A stretch of 64,000 nt of DNA, taken from NCBI RefSeq assembly GCF_035594765.1, contig NC_085846.1, positions 11,581,190 through 11,645,189 on the forward strand, read 5' to 3'. The translations under genes were made by a program, and so were the position numbers. Below are positions 36,573 to 47,731 of the stretch, piece by piece (position 1 is the first letter of the stretch; every line of letters begins with the position of its first letter). Below the pieces are notes generated by a model. That model saw only the letters and a list, made by a program, of their open reading frames with translations. It was not told the origin of the DNA and did no database searches. The stretch is from Anolis carolinensis (Eukaryota).

Positions 36573-37523
36573 ATGGAAATGCAAAAGAACCAGACAGCCA
36601 TTCCTGAGTTTCTCTTGGTAGGCTTATCCAGCTCTCCTGAACATCAGATGGTCATCTTCGGAGGATTCACTTTGATTTACACAGCTGCTTTGGTGGTTAA
36701 CTTTCTCTTCATCTTTACTATAGGAAATTGCAGCAAGCTCCATACCCCAATGTATTTCCTGCTCGTCAATTTGTCCCTAGCAAATATGTTGTGTATCTCA
36801 GTGACTATTCCCAACATGTTGCACACTACGTTGGTCCACAGGAAGACCATCTCCTTTTGGGGCTGCATGGCACAGGTCTACCTTTTACTCTGGGCTCTGG
36901 GGACAGAACTCTTGCTCCTCTCATTTATGGCCTTTGATCGCTATGCTGCCATCTGCCATCCTTTGCAGTACACAGTCATCATGAGGAAGGAAGTGCACAT
37001 TGGGGTGGTAGCCGGGGTGTGGATGGCTGGGTCTGTTAATTCTGCAGTTCATGTGGGACTTATTCTGCGGCTCTCCTTCTGTGGCTCCAATATCATCAAC
37101 CATTTCTTTTGTGACCTGCGTCCACTGCTGTCCCTCTCTTGCTCAGATGTCAGCCTCAACGAGACCATGGCTTACATATCCGATGCAGTCTTCTCCATGG
37201 GCAGCTGCATGCTGACATTAGCCTCATACTCATTTATTCTGTCAGCCATATTTAGAATTCGATCCTCTGAAGGGAAAAGGAAAGCCTTCTCCACTTGTTC
37301 TTCACACCTCCTGGTGGTCAGCTTTTACTTTTCCACCATAATCTATACATATATCAGGCCCACCTCAGTCTACTCTCAAGAAGAAGACAAGGTGATTGCT
37401 ATTCTTTATTCAGTTGTGACACCTCTGCTCAATCCACTCATATATTCCCTAAGAAATAAAGAAGTTAAAGACGAACTGAAGAAGCTTACACATAAATACA
37501 CACTGCGAATAAATGTAAGGTAG
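36573..37523 (+). CDS. Olfactory receptor, OR13-like (316 aa from ATG 36573; frame open from ATG 36459)
   Basis: LHTPMYFLL, MAFDRYAAICHPLQY, KAFSTCSSHL, PLLNPLIYSLRNKEVK; N-terminal NQT sequon. Confidence 0.92.
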   Translation: MEMQKNQTAIPEFLLVGLSSSPEHQMVIFGGFTLIYTAALVVNFLFIFTIGNCSKLHTPMYFLLVNLSLANMLCISVTIPNMLHTTLVHRKTISFWGCMAQVYLLLWALGTELLLLSFMAFDRYAAICHPLQYTVIMRKEVHIGVVAGVWMAGSVNSAVHVGLILRLSFCGSNIINHFFCDLRPLLSLSCSDVSLNETMAYISDAVFSMGSCMLTLASYSFILSAIFRIRSSEGKRKAFSTCSSHLLVVSFYFSTIIYTYIRPTSVYSQEEDKVIAILYSVVTPLLNPLIYSLRNKEVKDELKKLTHKYTLRINVR

Positions 37524-37646
37524 TGGTGAGAACATTGGACTTTATCTGCTTAGGACTTAATCACATAACCTGCTGCTACATCATTGCAACCACATTCTTT
37601 AAGCAAACAGAAACATGCCATGATTGGGTGATGGTTGCCAATACAG

Positions 37647-37784
37647 CAGGCATGGGCAAACTTCAGCCCTCCTCATGTTTTGAATTTCAACTCCCACAAT
37701 TCCAAACAACCTACCTACTGCCTGTTAGGAATTGTGGGATTTGAAGTCCAAAACACTTGGAGGGCTGAAGTTTGCCCATGCCTG
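37647..37784. mobile_element. Palindromic hAT MITE about 120 bp downstream of the OR stop
   Basis: TIR CAGGCATGGGCAAACTTCAGCCCTCC; TSD CAATACAG/CAATATAG. Confidence 0.82.
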
Positions 37785-39077
37785 CAATATAGACTAGTTA
37801 TGACTGCCTCTCCTGGACCCATCCTCCTCCTTGGCTCATCTTAAGAACCATTGGTAAGATTGAATGAAGTATGTCCATTCAACTTATAATTGGTGTGTGA
37901 AGAGGATGATATTTCCAGCCATCTCCTGCTATCTAGGCAGGCTGTGACAAGGACTTGTCCTCTTTTGGATTGTTGCAATTTCACTCACTGGCAGGAAGAG
38001 TTTGGATATATCAACCTCCTTGCACCTCAGTTGAGTTTGCTTGATCCAATCGTTGGCTGTTAAAGTAGACTGTGGCGGACATTTATTCAGTCTTTCTGGA
38101 TACAAAGCAGCTATGGGGGAATTAACTCTAGATTACAAAGATATAAATTAAGTTTTTGTTGTTGGTGATGGTGCTATTGGTGATGGTAGTAAAACATTCA
38201 TCAGTTTTGGTCCTGCAATACCTTCTCTGAAAGTCATGTGTTTGGTCAATGGTCTAAGAAGGATTAGACAACACTTTGTAAATCTGTATCAATAAAGCAA
38301 GCATCATGTTTATTAGAATGTGTGCCTGCAAGTTTTTGAATTCATGTGCAGTTTCTTATATGTCCTTCTTTCAAGCTTAACTCTGATAGGCTGCTCTCAA
38401 CTCTGGTAACTTGCTCTCAAAGATCAGTCCTGAAAATCCATACCTTCCAGTTTCCATCAGAAAAGGAAATAGGAAGTTCTGCGTCTACAATGGCTTAAAA
38501 CACTGAGTTCAACCAGAAGTTAGTCCTGGATATCCAGGTGACATCCCGGGACTTCCAGTTCATAACTCAATATAAAACCAGTAATAAAACTTCCACATTA
38601 TGAGGTCAGGAAATGCTCAGAATTTTTGGCGAAGGCAGTAGGAGAGCTCCAGAGAGCTCATGGACATAAGCAAAGATGTCCATGCAACCAAGGAAAAGGA
38701 GAGAAGGCATCTCACTGATGTCCTAATATGCATATTCACAATTCAATAATAACACTTCTGTAGCATAAAATTACGAAATGTAGATGGGGATACAGGATTC
38801 CAGCCAATATAATGAAGTTGCTTGATTCTGGTGGTAAAGAACATTTTACTATCTTTGGGTATATTCCATCCACTATGATTATTTTTCACCCAATAGAATT
38901 TCCTTTTTTGTCCGTTGCTGCCATCAAGTGACCATTGGTCTTAAATACATATATTTAAATTATTTTCTAAGATTGTCAGCCTATGCAGAATCTATATCTT
39001 TTTGTCCAGTGTTAATCTGTGATTTGAAGCTCTCTTGTCCAAAGAAATCTGTGGAGTTCCAGAGGAACCAATTAAGG

Positions 39078-40318
39078 CAGGGGTCCCCAAACTAAGGCCC
39101 GGGGGCCGGATGCGGCCCTCCGAGCTCATTTACCTGCCCCCCGCCCTCAGTTTTATAATATAATATATTGTATATACATATAATATTGATAATCTATATA
39201 TATAAAAGAGTGATGGCATCACGGCAGCGGACAAAACAACAAAAGTAGACACCCCCCAACCTCGAAAATTGACATCACAACCCCTCATCCATGCCTCTAG
39301 GTTGATACAACAAAAAGAAAAGAAAAATAAAATCCTAATTAGAGGGAGAGGAATAATAGTTTTTATCCAATTGCTGCCAGTTACAAGGCTAAGCTCCACC
39401 CACTTGGTCTCCTAGCAACCCACTCAGCCCAGTGTTAATAAAATAATGATAAAAAATAAATACAAATAATACCATAAGAAATTATAAAAAACACTAAAAT
39501 AATTAATACAATAAAATACTATAAAAAATGACTAAAAATAATACAACAAAATAATAAAATATAATAAATAAAAAAGATAAGTGACAATAAAATTGATTTA
39601 AAAAAATACAAATAACGTCAAATAAAAATTCCACAAGTTTTAACCGATACCACCACCACTTTGCCACAGCAACGCGTGGCCGGGCACAGCTAGTAATATT
39701 ATAATGTAATACAATATAACACGAATAATAATACCATATAATAATATTAATTTTATATTCTATATTACATATAATATTACTAATAATATTACGGCATAGT
39801 GGTATAGTTCAATATAATAATATATAATGCTAATATTGTGCTATGCTAATAATATAATATATTGTATGTGCATATAATTTGTAAGCCACTCTGAGTCCCC
39901 TTTGGGGTGACAAGGATTGATACAAATGTAGAAAATAAATGCAGTAAATAATAAATAAATAAATAAATTTTAGACTTAGGCTCGCCCAAAGTCTGAAATG
40001 ACTTGAAGGCACACAACAACAACAACAACAACAACAACCCTAATTAACATGACTATCTCATTGGCCAGAAGCAGGACCACACTTCCCATTGAAATCCTGA
40101 TAAATGTATGTTGGTTAAAATTGTTTTTATTTTTAAATATTGTATTGTTCTTTCATTGTTGTTGTTCTTGTTGTTGTTGTTGTTTTTGCACTACAAATAA
40201 GACATGTGCAGTGTGCATCGGAATTTGTTTGTATTTTTTTTTCAAATGATAATCTGGCCCCTCAACAGTCTGAAGGATTGTGGACCGGCCCTCGGCTTAA
40301 AAAGTTTGGGGACCTCTG
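39078..40318 (+). mobile_element. Composite non-autonomous hAT element with nested insertions
   Basis: TIRs CAGGGGTCCCCAAAC / GTTTGGGGACCTCTG; perfect 8-bp TSD AATTAAGG. Confidence 0.9.
39193..39693 (+). mobile_element. Non-autonomous Helitron
   Basis: 5' TC(TATATATA); 3' hairpin GCCAC-AGCAACGC-GTGGC followed by CTAG; inserted between A and T without a TSD. Confidence 0.85.
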
Positions 40319-40784
40319 AATTAAGGTTTCAAGGAAGTTTTTTGAAACTTTTTATATCATTTCTATGGAGGTTAATTGTAGTTTATTGTATTCCATAATG
40401 GCTGCAGCAAACTGGCCCCTTAGGCCCTCATCAAAAGTTGAGTTGAAATATGAAATTGTTTGAAAGCTAACAGGTACTAAGAAGAAGAATCTGCCTCATT
40501 AATTCTTATCTAGCACTACATACATAAACAACTAATTATATAAGTTTCATTTTTGAAGGATGCTTCTGGAACATTGCCATACAGACCCGAAAACTCACAG
40601 CGACCCAGTGATTCTGGCAATGAAAGCCTTTGACAACACAATGCTTTATAATGAATTAATACCAAAGCAGAACTCAACTCTGGATAACTATTTTATTATA
40701 TAATGGCTGTCAGTATGGTTAACATGTTCATAGTTCATAGGTTTTAGCTACCATCTGGCAGTGAAGCTCTGATAGCATAGCTTA

Positions 40785-41045
40785 TGTGTTGTCAAAGGCT
40801 TTCATGACTGTAATCACTGGGTTGCTGTGAGGTTTTCTGGCTGTATGGCTGTGTTCCAGTAGCATTCTTTCCTGACGTTTCACCTGCATCTGTGGTAAGC
40901 ATCCTCAGAGGTTTGTGCAGATGTCTGTTGAAAATTAAGCAAGTGGAGTGTGTGTATATATACTCAATGCTATTCAAGCTTGCTAATTGCAACACTGACA
41001 CTTGCTTCAAACAGACAAGGGTTCTTTCTCCCACCCTGGACATTT
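40785..41045. mobile_element. Penelope-like fragment
   Basis: Homologous to the 28378 terminus, continuing to ..TTCTTTCTCCCACCCTGGACAT. Confidence 0.6.
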
Positions 41046-41751
41046 GGACTATTTAATGAATGTTAGGCACTAGGCATCCATTTGACAACTGTCAGGAAAC
41101 TATCCAAAAAGTAAGATTGACTATAACTACAATTGGTTGGTTGGTTCATTCAAGCAGGCATGTATAAAAAGGCAGGATAAAATGTCTATGTGATCTTTTT
41201 TACAGATTTTTTTTAAATTTTGTGATGGGAAGACATGAATGCAGACATTACAGAAACATAAAGTACCAAAGAGGATATATTAGTGGAAACTGCTAGCAGA
41301 AAAATATACATTTGGGAATGAAAACTGTAAAAATATGTACAAATTTATGTGCAGCTGTTTTTAAAAAGTGGTCATATAGAAATATTATCTTGGAAAGGAA
41401 TACAAAAAATGATAAAGATGATTTGTCACTCACTATGTAAATCTATGCTTACACCTGAGGACAGAAATTCTGATGTATTAATACTGCAAATTGATTTTGT
41501 GTTATGTGTACCTGTGCTTTCAAGTTACCAGTTGTCTATGTTGTACTCTATGTGATTGTCTCACCTACATTAAAACTGCAATTTCAGTACAATTTCCAAG
41601 GAGTTGGGACAATTGAATTTAGAAGGGTTAATAATTATTAGACTTGATATGATAAGGATCAAAATAATCTGATAAACCTAAGACACTTCAGTTAACTCTG
41701 TGCTCATTTCTTTCTTTAAAGGTCTTATGGTGTCTCCATCCCAATGACGCC

Positions 41752-42693
41752 ATGAGAGAGTTCAACCAGACTTGCTTGACTGAGATCATCCTTTTAGGCT
41801 TCTCCAATTTCCAGACCACACAGAAGCTTTTGTTTGGTCTTGTACTAATTTTCTACCTGGTGACACTCGCTGGGAACAGTCTGATTTTGATCCTCACCAT
41901 CACCGAGCCCATGCTTCACACACCAATGTACTTCTTCCTCCAGCACCTGTCCATGCTGGAAATTGGCTACACTTCATGCATCATCCCCAAGACCCTAACA
42001 CACTTGTGGTCAGAGAAACAAACCATCTCCTTTGCAGGTTGTGGAACTCAGATGTATTTCTTTGTTCTTTTTGGCATCACAGAGTGTTGCCTTCTCTGTG
42101 TGATGGCATACGACCGCTATGTTGCCATATGCAAACCTCTGCAATACCCATGCATCATGACTCCCCGGGAATGTGCTCAGCTGGCTGCCATCTCATGGGC
42201 CATTGGTATTTTGGTAGCTTTTGGACAGTGTGTTCCAATATTTACTCTTCCCTTTTGTGGACCTAATAGAATAAGCCATTTTTTCTGTGATATTCTGCCT
42301 GTCTTGAAACTGGCTACGACCAACACCATCATTAATGAGATGGTAGTTGTTGCTGTAACAGTGTTCTTCATCCTTGTACCCTTTCTGCTCATCATCTTGT
42401 CCTACAGCCTCATCATCTCCACCATCCTCATGATGCCTGTGGCTAAGAACAGGTACAAAACCTTCTCTACTTGTGCTTCCCACCTCATTGTGGTTTCTCT
42501 TTTCTTTGGAACTGCCACCTTCACCTACATCCGACCCAAATCAGCCCACTCCTTGGGCAGCGATAGGATCCTGTCCCTCCTCTACACAGTAGTCACGCCA
42601 ACATTTAACCCAATCATTTACACATTGAGAAATAAAGAGATAAAAGTAGCATTTAAAAAATCAATGTTGCAGAAAACTGTCTTCTGCAGATAA
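41752..42693 (+). CDS. Olfactory receptor, OR10-like, 313 aa
   Basis: GN in TM1, LHTPMYFFL, MAYDRYVAICKPLQY, FSTCASHL, PTFNPIIYTLRNKEIK; likely splice acceptor near 41721. Confidence 0.94.
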   Translation: MREFNQTCLTEIILLGFSNFQTTQKLLFGLVLIFYLVTLAGNSLILILTITEPMLHTPMYFFLQHLSMLEIGYTSCIIPKTLTHLWSEKQTISFAGCGTQMYFFVLFGITECCLLCVMAYDRYVAICKPLQYPCIMTPRECAQLAAISWAIGILVAFGQCVPIFTLPFCGPNRISHFFCDILPVLKLATTNTIINEMVVVAVTVFFILVPFLLIILSYSLIISTILMMPVAKNRYKTFSTCASHLIVVSLFFGTATFTYIRPKSAHSLGSDRILSLLYTVVTPTFNPIIYTLRNKEIKVAFKKSMLQKTVFCR

Positions 42694-42775
42694 TCGGAAA
42701 TCATCACCTGTTATGTCAAACCACTATCACATATTTTGTTACCCATTAAACTAATCCATATTCAATTATATATGA

Positions 42776-43101
42776 CAGGTATAGGTTTCCTCTTAACATT
42801 AAGTCTAGTTGTGTCTGACTCTGGGCATTGGTGCTCATCACCATTTCTAAGCTGAAGAGCCAGCATTTTCCGTAGACACCTCCAAAGCCATGTGGACGGC
42901 ATGATTGCATCGAGCTGCACTGCCTTCCCGCCGGAGCGGTACCTATTGATCTACTCACATTTGTATGTTTTCAAACTGCTAGGTTGGTAGAAGCCGGGGC
43001 TAACAGTGGGAGCTCACCCTGCTCCCTGGATTTGAACTGCCGGCCTTTCAGTCAGCAACTTCAGCAGCTCAGCAGTTTAATCCACTGCACCACCAGAGGC
43101 T
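42776..43101 (-). mobile_element. Sauria SINE about 80 bp downstream of the OR stop
   Basis: Homologous to the 31277 copy. Confidence 0.85.
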
Positions 43102-43605
43102 ACAGTACATTGATAAATTTCATTATATAAATGGCAATCAAACAGGCAAAATCAAATATGATAGCATTCAGGTTTTTTGCTATGGTTAACCAAACAGTAG
43201 GACAGCAGAATGGCAACATTAAAGTGTAAGAACAAGGTAAGATTCTTTATCCTTTACTGAATATAGTGTGGAATAGTGAGGGGACTGTAAATCCACTTGG
43301 CTTTGTTGGGCTGCTTGGAGTTGAAAGAGTAAAGTGTGAAAAACAGGAGACAAAACAGAAAGAGTAATGAGATGAAAGAGAAGAGGTTGTGACTGGCATC
43401 ACTGGGAATAATAGGAAATGTTTTGTCCAAGTTTAAATCCTTTTTCTTTAACAGTTCCTCTGCTGATTTTAACTAACTTATGCTTCTGTCTGGAAGTCTG
43501 TGGATAAACTATATGTCAAGCATCGCTTTGAAGGTGAACAGCCACTATCTCAAACTGAATATGGGTCAAAACAGATATCAGACTATTCAGCTCTACCATC
43601 TAGTG

Positions 43606-44047
43606 CAGTAGTTCCCACCTATGGTCTACTGACCACCAGTGGTCTGCAAGAACTAAAATATGGTCCGCGACCTAACTGTTACTACACCATTGCGTTAAAA
43701 AAAAATCTTGGTGTCTTCCTTTTGAGGCCTGTTCCTGGGGTTATTTGGGGTGCTGATTCAGAAAATTGCATTGGATAGACTACATTAGTTCTAGATTATT
43801 AAATATGGTTTTCTGTGGGCGAGCAGATGGCGACTACTGGATGGCATATGTTCTGTATTGGAAACTAGAACTTATGTGGTCTATCCAATGTAATTTTCTG
43901 AATTAGCACCCTAGATAACCAAACTGAATCTAAAGTTGACCAAAAACTGATACGTAACCCTTTTGGTATTAATGTTGGTGAGTGGTCCCTGGTCAAAGTG
44001 GTCCCTGGTCAAGTGGTCCCAAGTCAAAAAAAGGTTGGGAACCACTG
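43606..44047 (+). mobile_element. Non-autonomous hAT (family of 26508 and 63516)
   Basis: TIRs CAGTAGTTCCCA / GGTTGGGAACCACTG; imperfect TSD ATCTAGTG/ATCTTGTA. Confidence 0.8.
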
Positions 44048-44713
44048 ATCTTGTAGCTGTGTTTTCAGGTTTGCATAGACATGAAGGAACCTTTTTGCTG
44101 GATGACCATTTGTTCCTGTACCCCTTTATTATGACAACAGCAAAATAATGTAATTTCCATCTTTTTTGCATCTAGGATCCATAGGTTCTTGGTCTACAAG
44201 GCAGTCCTTTTGCTTCTTCACACTTGAGACCTATATAATTTTAACAACCTAATGGCAACATATGCCTCCTTGTTCTCTTTCTTCTTGTCTTAATTCAGAA
44301 TACTGCTGTCAGGGTCACTTCAAAACTCCACAAATATTCACATATTTCTCCCTGTCTGTCCATCGATTCTTTCATTTAACTATAATAATATAATAATAAT
44401 AAAACTTTATTTATACCCCGCCACCATCTCCCCAACGGGGACTCGGGGCGGCTTACATGGGGCCATGCCCAAGACAATACAATAAACCATAACATAATAC
44501 AATTAAATAATACATTACATAAAATAAACAGTACAACATAAGATCAAAACAGCAATATAACACGAGCGGGCCGCATGAATACTACATTTAAAAACTAGAT
44601 TAAAAATTAAAACTCTGGGTGAGAAAGGGATCAGAATAAAACCTCGAGGGACGGGACATCAGATAGTGAACCAGTCTAGAGGATAAATATCGGGGGGGAG
44701 TAGCATAGAACAT

Positions 44714-47700
44714 TTACTCTCCGAAAGCACACCGGAAGAGCCATGTTTTTAAATCTTTCCTGAAGGCTAAAAGGGTGGGGGCTTGCCTGATTTCAATGGG
44801 CAGCGAGTTCCACAAGCGAGGGGCCACCGCAGAGAAGGCCCTCTCCCTTGTTCCTACAAGGCGAGCCTGAGATATAGGTAGTGGCGACAGGAGGGCCTCC
44901 CCCGATGATCGGAGAGGTCGGGCAGGTTTATGATAGGAGATACGGTCACGAAGGTAGGCGGGTCCCAAACCGTTTAGGGCTTTATAAATGATGGTCTGCA
45001 CCTTGAATTGGGACCGGAAGATGAACGGCAGCCAGTGGAGCTCCTTAAACAGGGGAGTAGATCTCTCCCTGTAACTCGCCCCCGTTATTAGTCTGGCTGC
45101 CGAACGTTGGACCAGCTGTAACTTCTGGGCCGTCTTCAAGGGAAGCCCCACGTAGAGCGCATTACAGTAGTCCAGTCTAGAGGTAACTAATGCATGCACC
45201 ACCGTGGTCAAGTCAGACTTCACGAGGTATGGTCGCAGTTGGCGCACAAGTTTGAGTTGTGCAAAAGCCCTCCCGGCCACCGCCGACACCTGCGCTTCAA
45301 GCGTCAGCGCTGAATCCAGGAGGACCCCCAAACTGCGGACCTGTGATTTCAGGGGGAGTGCAACCCCGTCCAGCACAGGTTGCCACCCAATACCCCGATC
45401 CGACGAGCAACTGACCAGGAGGGCCTCTGTCTTGTCAGGATTGATCCTCAGCTTGTTCCTCCTCATCCAGTCCGCCACAGCGGCCAGGCACTGGTTCAGC
45501 ACCCGAGGGGCTTCCTTGGAGTCAGGTGGGAACGAGTAGTGGATTTGTGTGTCATCTGCGTAGAGATGGCAACACCCTCCAAAACTCCGGATGACCTCTC
45601 CCAGCGGTTTCATGTAGATGTTAAAAAGCATGGGGGATAAAATAGACCCTTGCGGGACCCCACAGGTCAAAGGCCAGGGGTCCGAGCAGGTGTCCCCCAG
45701 CTTCACCATCTGGGAACGGCCCTCCAGGAAGGACTGGAGCCACTGCAAAACAGTGCCACCGAGTCCCATCCCGGAGAGCCTCCCCAGAAGGATACCATGG
45801 TCGATGGTATCGAAAGCCGCAGAGATGTCCAGGAGAACCAGCAGGGTCACACTCCCCCTGTCCAGTTCCCTGCGGAGGTCATCCACCAAGGCGACCAAAG
45901 CCGTCTCAGTGCTGTGCCCAGGCCTGAAGCCAGACTGCGAGCGGTCCAGAAAATCAGTGTCATCGAGGAACTCCTGGAGCTGCGTGGCCACCACCCGCTC
46001 CAGAACCTTGCCCAAAAACGGGAGGTTGGAAATTGGTCTGTAGTTGTTACATACAGATGGGTCTAGCGAGGTCTTTTTTAGTAACGGTTTTACCACCGCT
46101 TGCTTAAAACAAGATGGAAATGACCCCTGACCCAGGGAGGCATTTATTATAGCCACAAACCAATCCAACAACCCCTCTTTGGCCTGCTTAACCAGCCAAG
46201 AGGGACAAGGATCCAGAGCACAAGTGGTCGCCCTCACAGACCCAAGAATCCCCTCCACGTCATCCGGAAGAACAAGCCGGAAAGAATCCCACAAAATCGG
46301 ACAGACAGGTGCCTCGGTTACCTCCGCTGGAACTACAATTAAGCTGGAGTCCAACTCATGGCGTATCTGAGCAACTTTGCCTGCAAAGTGGTGCGCAAAA
46401 TCGCTGCACCTAGTTGCCAAGTCATCAGGAAGCCCCTGGGTCTCAGGAGGCCGCAGGAGCTCCCCAACAACTCGGAACAACTCCGATGGCCTGTTGGCCG
46501 CAGACGCTATGCGGGCAGTCGTGAAAGCTTTCCTGGCTGCTCGCAGAGCCACGGAGTAAGCCTTAATAGCGGCTTTAGCCCGTGCTTGGTCAGACACATC
46601 CCGAGATTTCCTCCAGATGCACTCTAGTCCCCTCCTCGCACGCTTCATCACAGCCAGCTCCTCAGTGAACCAAGGAGTCGACATGACTCTACGCAGCGAA
46701 AGAGGACGTTCGGGAGCGATCGTGTCAAGTGCCCTTGTCAGCTCACTATTATAGCGATCAGCCAGGACATCGACAGGATCGCCAGTCTCCAGAACAGGAA
46801 GATCCCCAAGAGACCTCAGGAGTCCATCCGGATCCATCAGCCTCCTGGGGCGGACCATCTTAATGGGTCCACCACCCCTGCGGAGGTTAGAAGACATGGC
46901 GAAACTCAAACAGATCAGATGATGGTCAGACCATGACAATGGAAGAATATTTTGCTCTTCCACTCTGACTGTCCCACCGTCCACAATGAAGACGAGGTCC
47001 AGCGTGTGTCCCGCCTGATGTGTGGGCCCAGATATAACTTGAGTCAGCCCCATGGTCGTCATGGCAACCATGAAATCCTGAGCTGCACCTGTCAAAGAGG
47101 TCTCGGCATGAATATTAAAGTCCCCCAAAACTATGAGTTGTTGGGAGACCAGGGCCGAATTGGAGACCACTTCTGCTAGCTCGGACAGAGAGACTGCTGG
47201 GTCGCGGGGTGGACGGTACACCAGCAGAATCCCCAAGCTGTCTCGGGCTCCCACCTTCAGGAAGACACACTCAAACCTCGAAGACTGCGGAACGGCGCAT
47301 CTGATCAGGGCGATGGACTGCCGAGCAATCACCGCGACTCCTCCTCCCCGCCCCCCAGCCCTGGCCTGCTGATGCACCCCGAAACCTGGTGGGCACAGCT
47401 GAGTGAGATTCACACCACCCTGCTCGTCCAACCACGTCTCGGTGATGCATGCCAGATCCGCCCCCTCATCCAGGATCAAATCCTGGATAACAGCTGTTTT
47501 ACCGTTGACGGATCTGGCGTTCAAAAGCAGGACCTTAAGGCTGGGAGGTCTGTCCTGAAGACTACCACACCTATTCCTCTCCAGGGTCGCAAAAACTCTG
47601 TTGCGCTTCTCCCTGGGTCGAAAGTGACCGTTCTTCCTTCTCCCCCAAACCACCTCAATGAGACCCTGCCCGTGGAAACCCTCTCCCCCCTGGAGAGATG

Positions 47701-47719
47701 ACTGATTGAGGTTGCCCAT
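44714..47719 (-). CDS. L2 ORF2: AP-endonuclease + reverse transcriptase, 1001 aa, intact
   Basis: EN motifs LNARS, ITETWL, VYRPP, GDFN, TLDL, SDH; RT motifs NYRPISNL, GVPQGS, YADD; L2-type ALVTSRLDYCN and LHWLP. Confidence 0.95.
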   Translation of the reverse strand: MGNLNQSSLQGGEGFHGQGLIEVVWGRRKNGHFRPREKRNRVFATLERNRCGSLQDRPPSLKVLLLNARSVNGKTAVIQDLILDEGADLACITETWLDEQGGVNLTQLCPPGFGVHQQARAGGRGGGVAVIARQSIALIRCAVPQSSRFECVFLKVGARDSLGILLVYRPPRDPAVSLSELAEVVSNSALVSQQLIVLGDFNIHAETSLTGAAQDFMVAMTTMGLTQVISGPTHQAGHTLDLVFIVDGGTVRVEEQNILPLSWSDHHLICLSFAMSSNLRRGGGPIKMVRPRRLMDPDGLLRSLGDLPVLETGDPVDVLADRYNSELTRALDTIAPERPLSLRRVMSTPWFTEELAVMKRARRGLECIWRKSRDVSDQARAKAAIKAYSVALRAARKAFTTARIASAANRPSELFRVVGELLRPPETQGLPDDLATRCSDFAHHFAGKVAQIRHELDSSLIVVPAEVTEAPVCPILWDSFRLVLPDDVEGILGSVRATTCALDPCPSWLVKQAKEGLLDWFVAIINASLGQGSFPSCFKQAVVKPLLKKTSLDPSVCNNYRPISNLPFLGKVLERVVATQLQEFLDDTDFLDRSQSGFRPGHSTETALVALVDDLRRELDRGSVTLLVLLDISAAFDTIDHGILLGRLSGMGLGGTVLQWLQSFLEGRSQMVKLGDTCSDPWPLTCGVPQGSILSPMLFNIYMKPLGEVIRSFGGCCHLYADDTQIHYSFPPDSKEAPRVLNQCLAAVADWMRRNKLRINPDKTEALLVSCSSDRGIGWQPVLDGVALPLKSQVRSLGVLLDSALTLEAQVSAVAGRAFAQLKLVRQLRPYLVKSDLTTVVHALVTSRLDYCNALYVGLPLKTAQKLQLVQRSAARLITGASYRERSTPLFKELHWLPFIFRSQFKVQTIIYKALNGLGPAYLRDRISYHKPARPLRSSGEALLSPLPISQARLVGTRERAFSAVAPRLWNSLPIEIRQAPTLLAFRKDLKTWLFRCAFGE

Positions 47720-47731
47720 TGAAGGGGATAG

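Noticed and set aside
45204-47701. Many plus-strand ORFs opposite L2 ORF2, and similar shadow ORFs opposite V2R and OR exons
   Set aside because: Antisense shadows of GC-rich coding sequence with no independent motifs.
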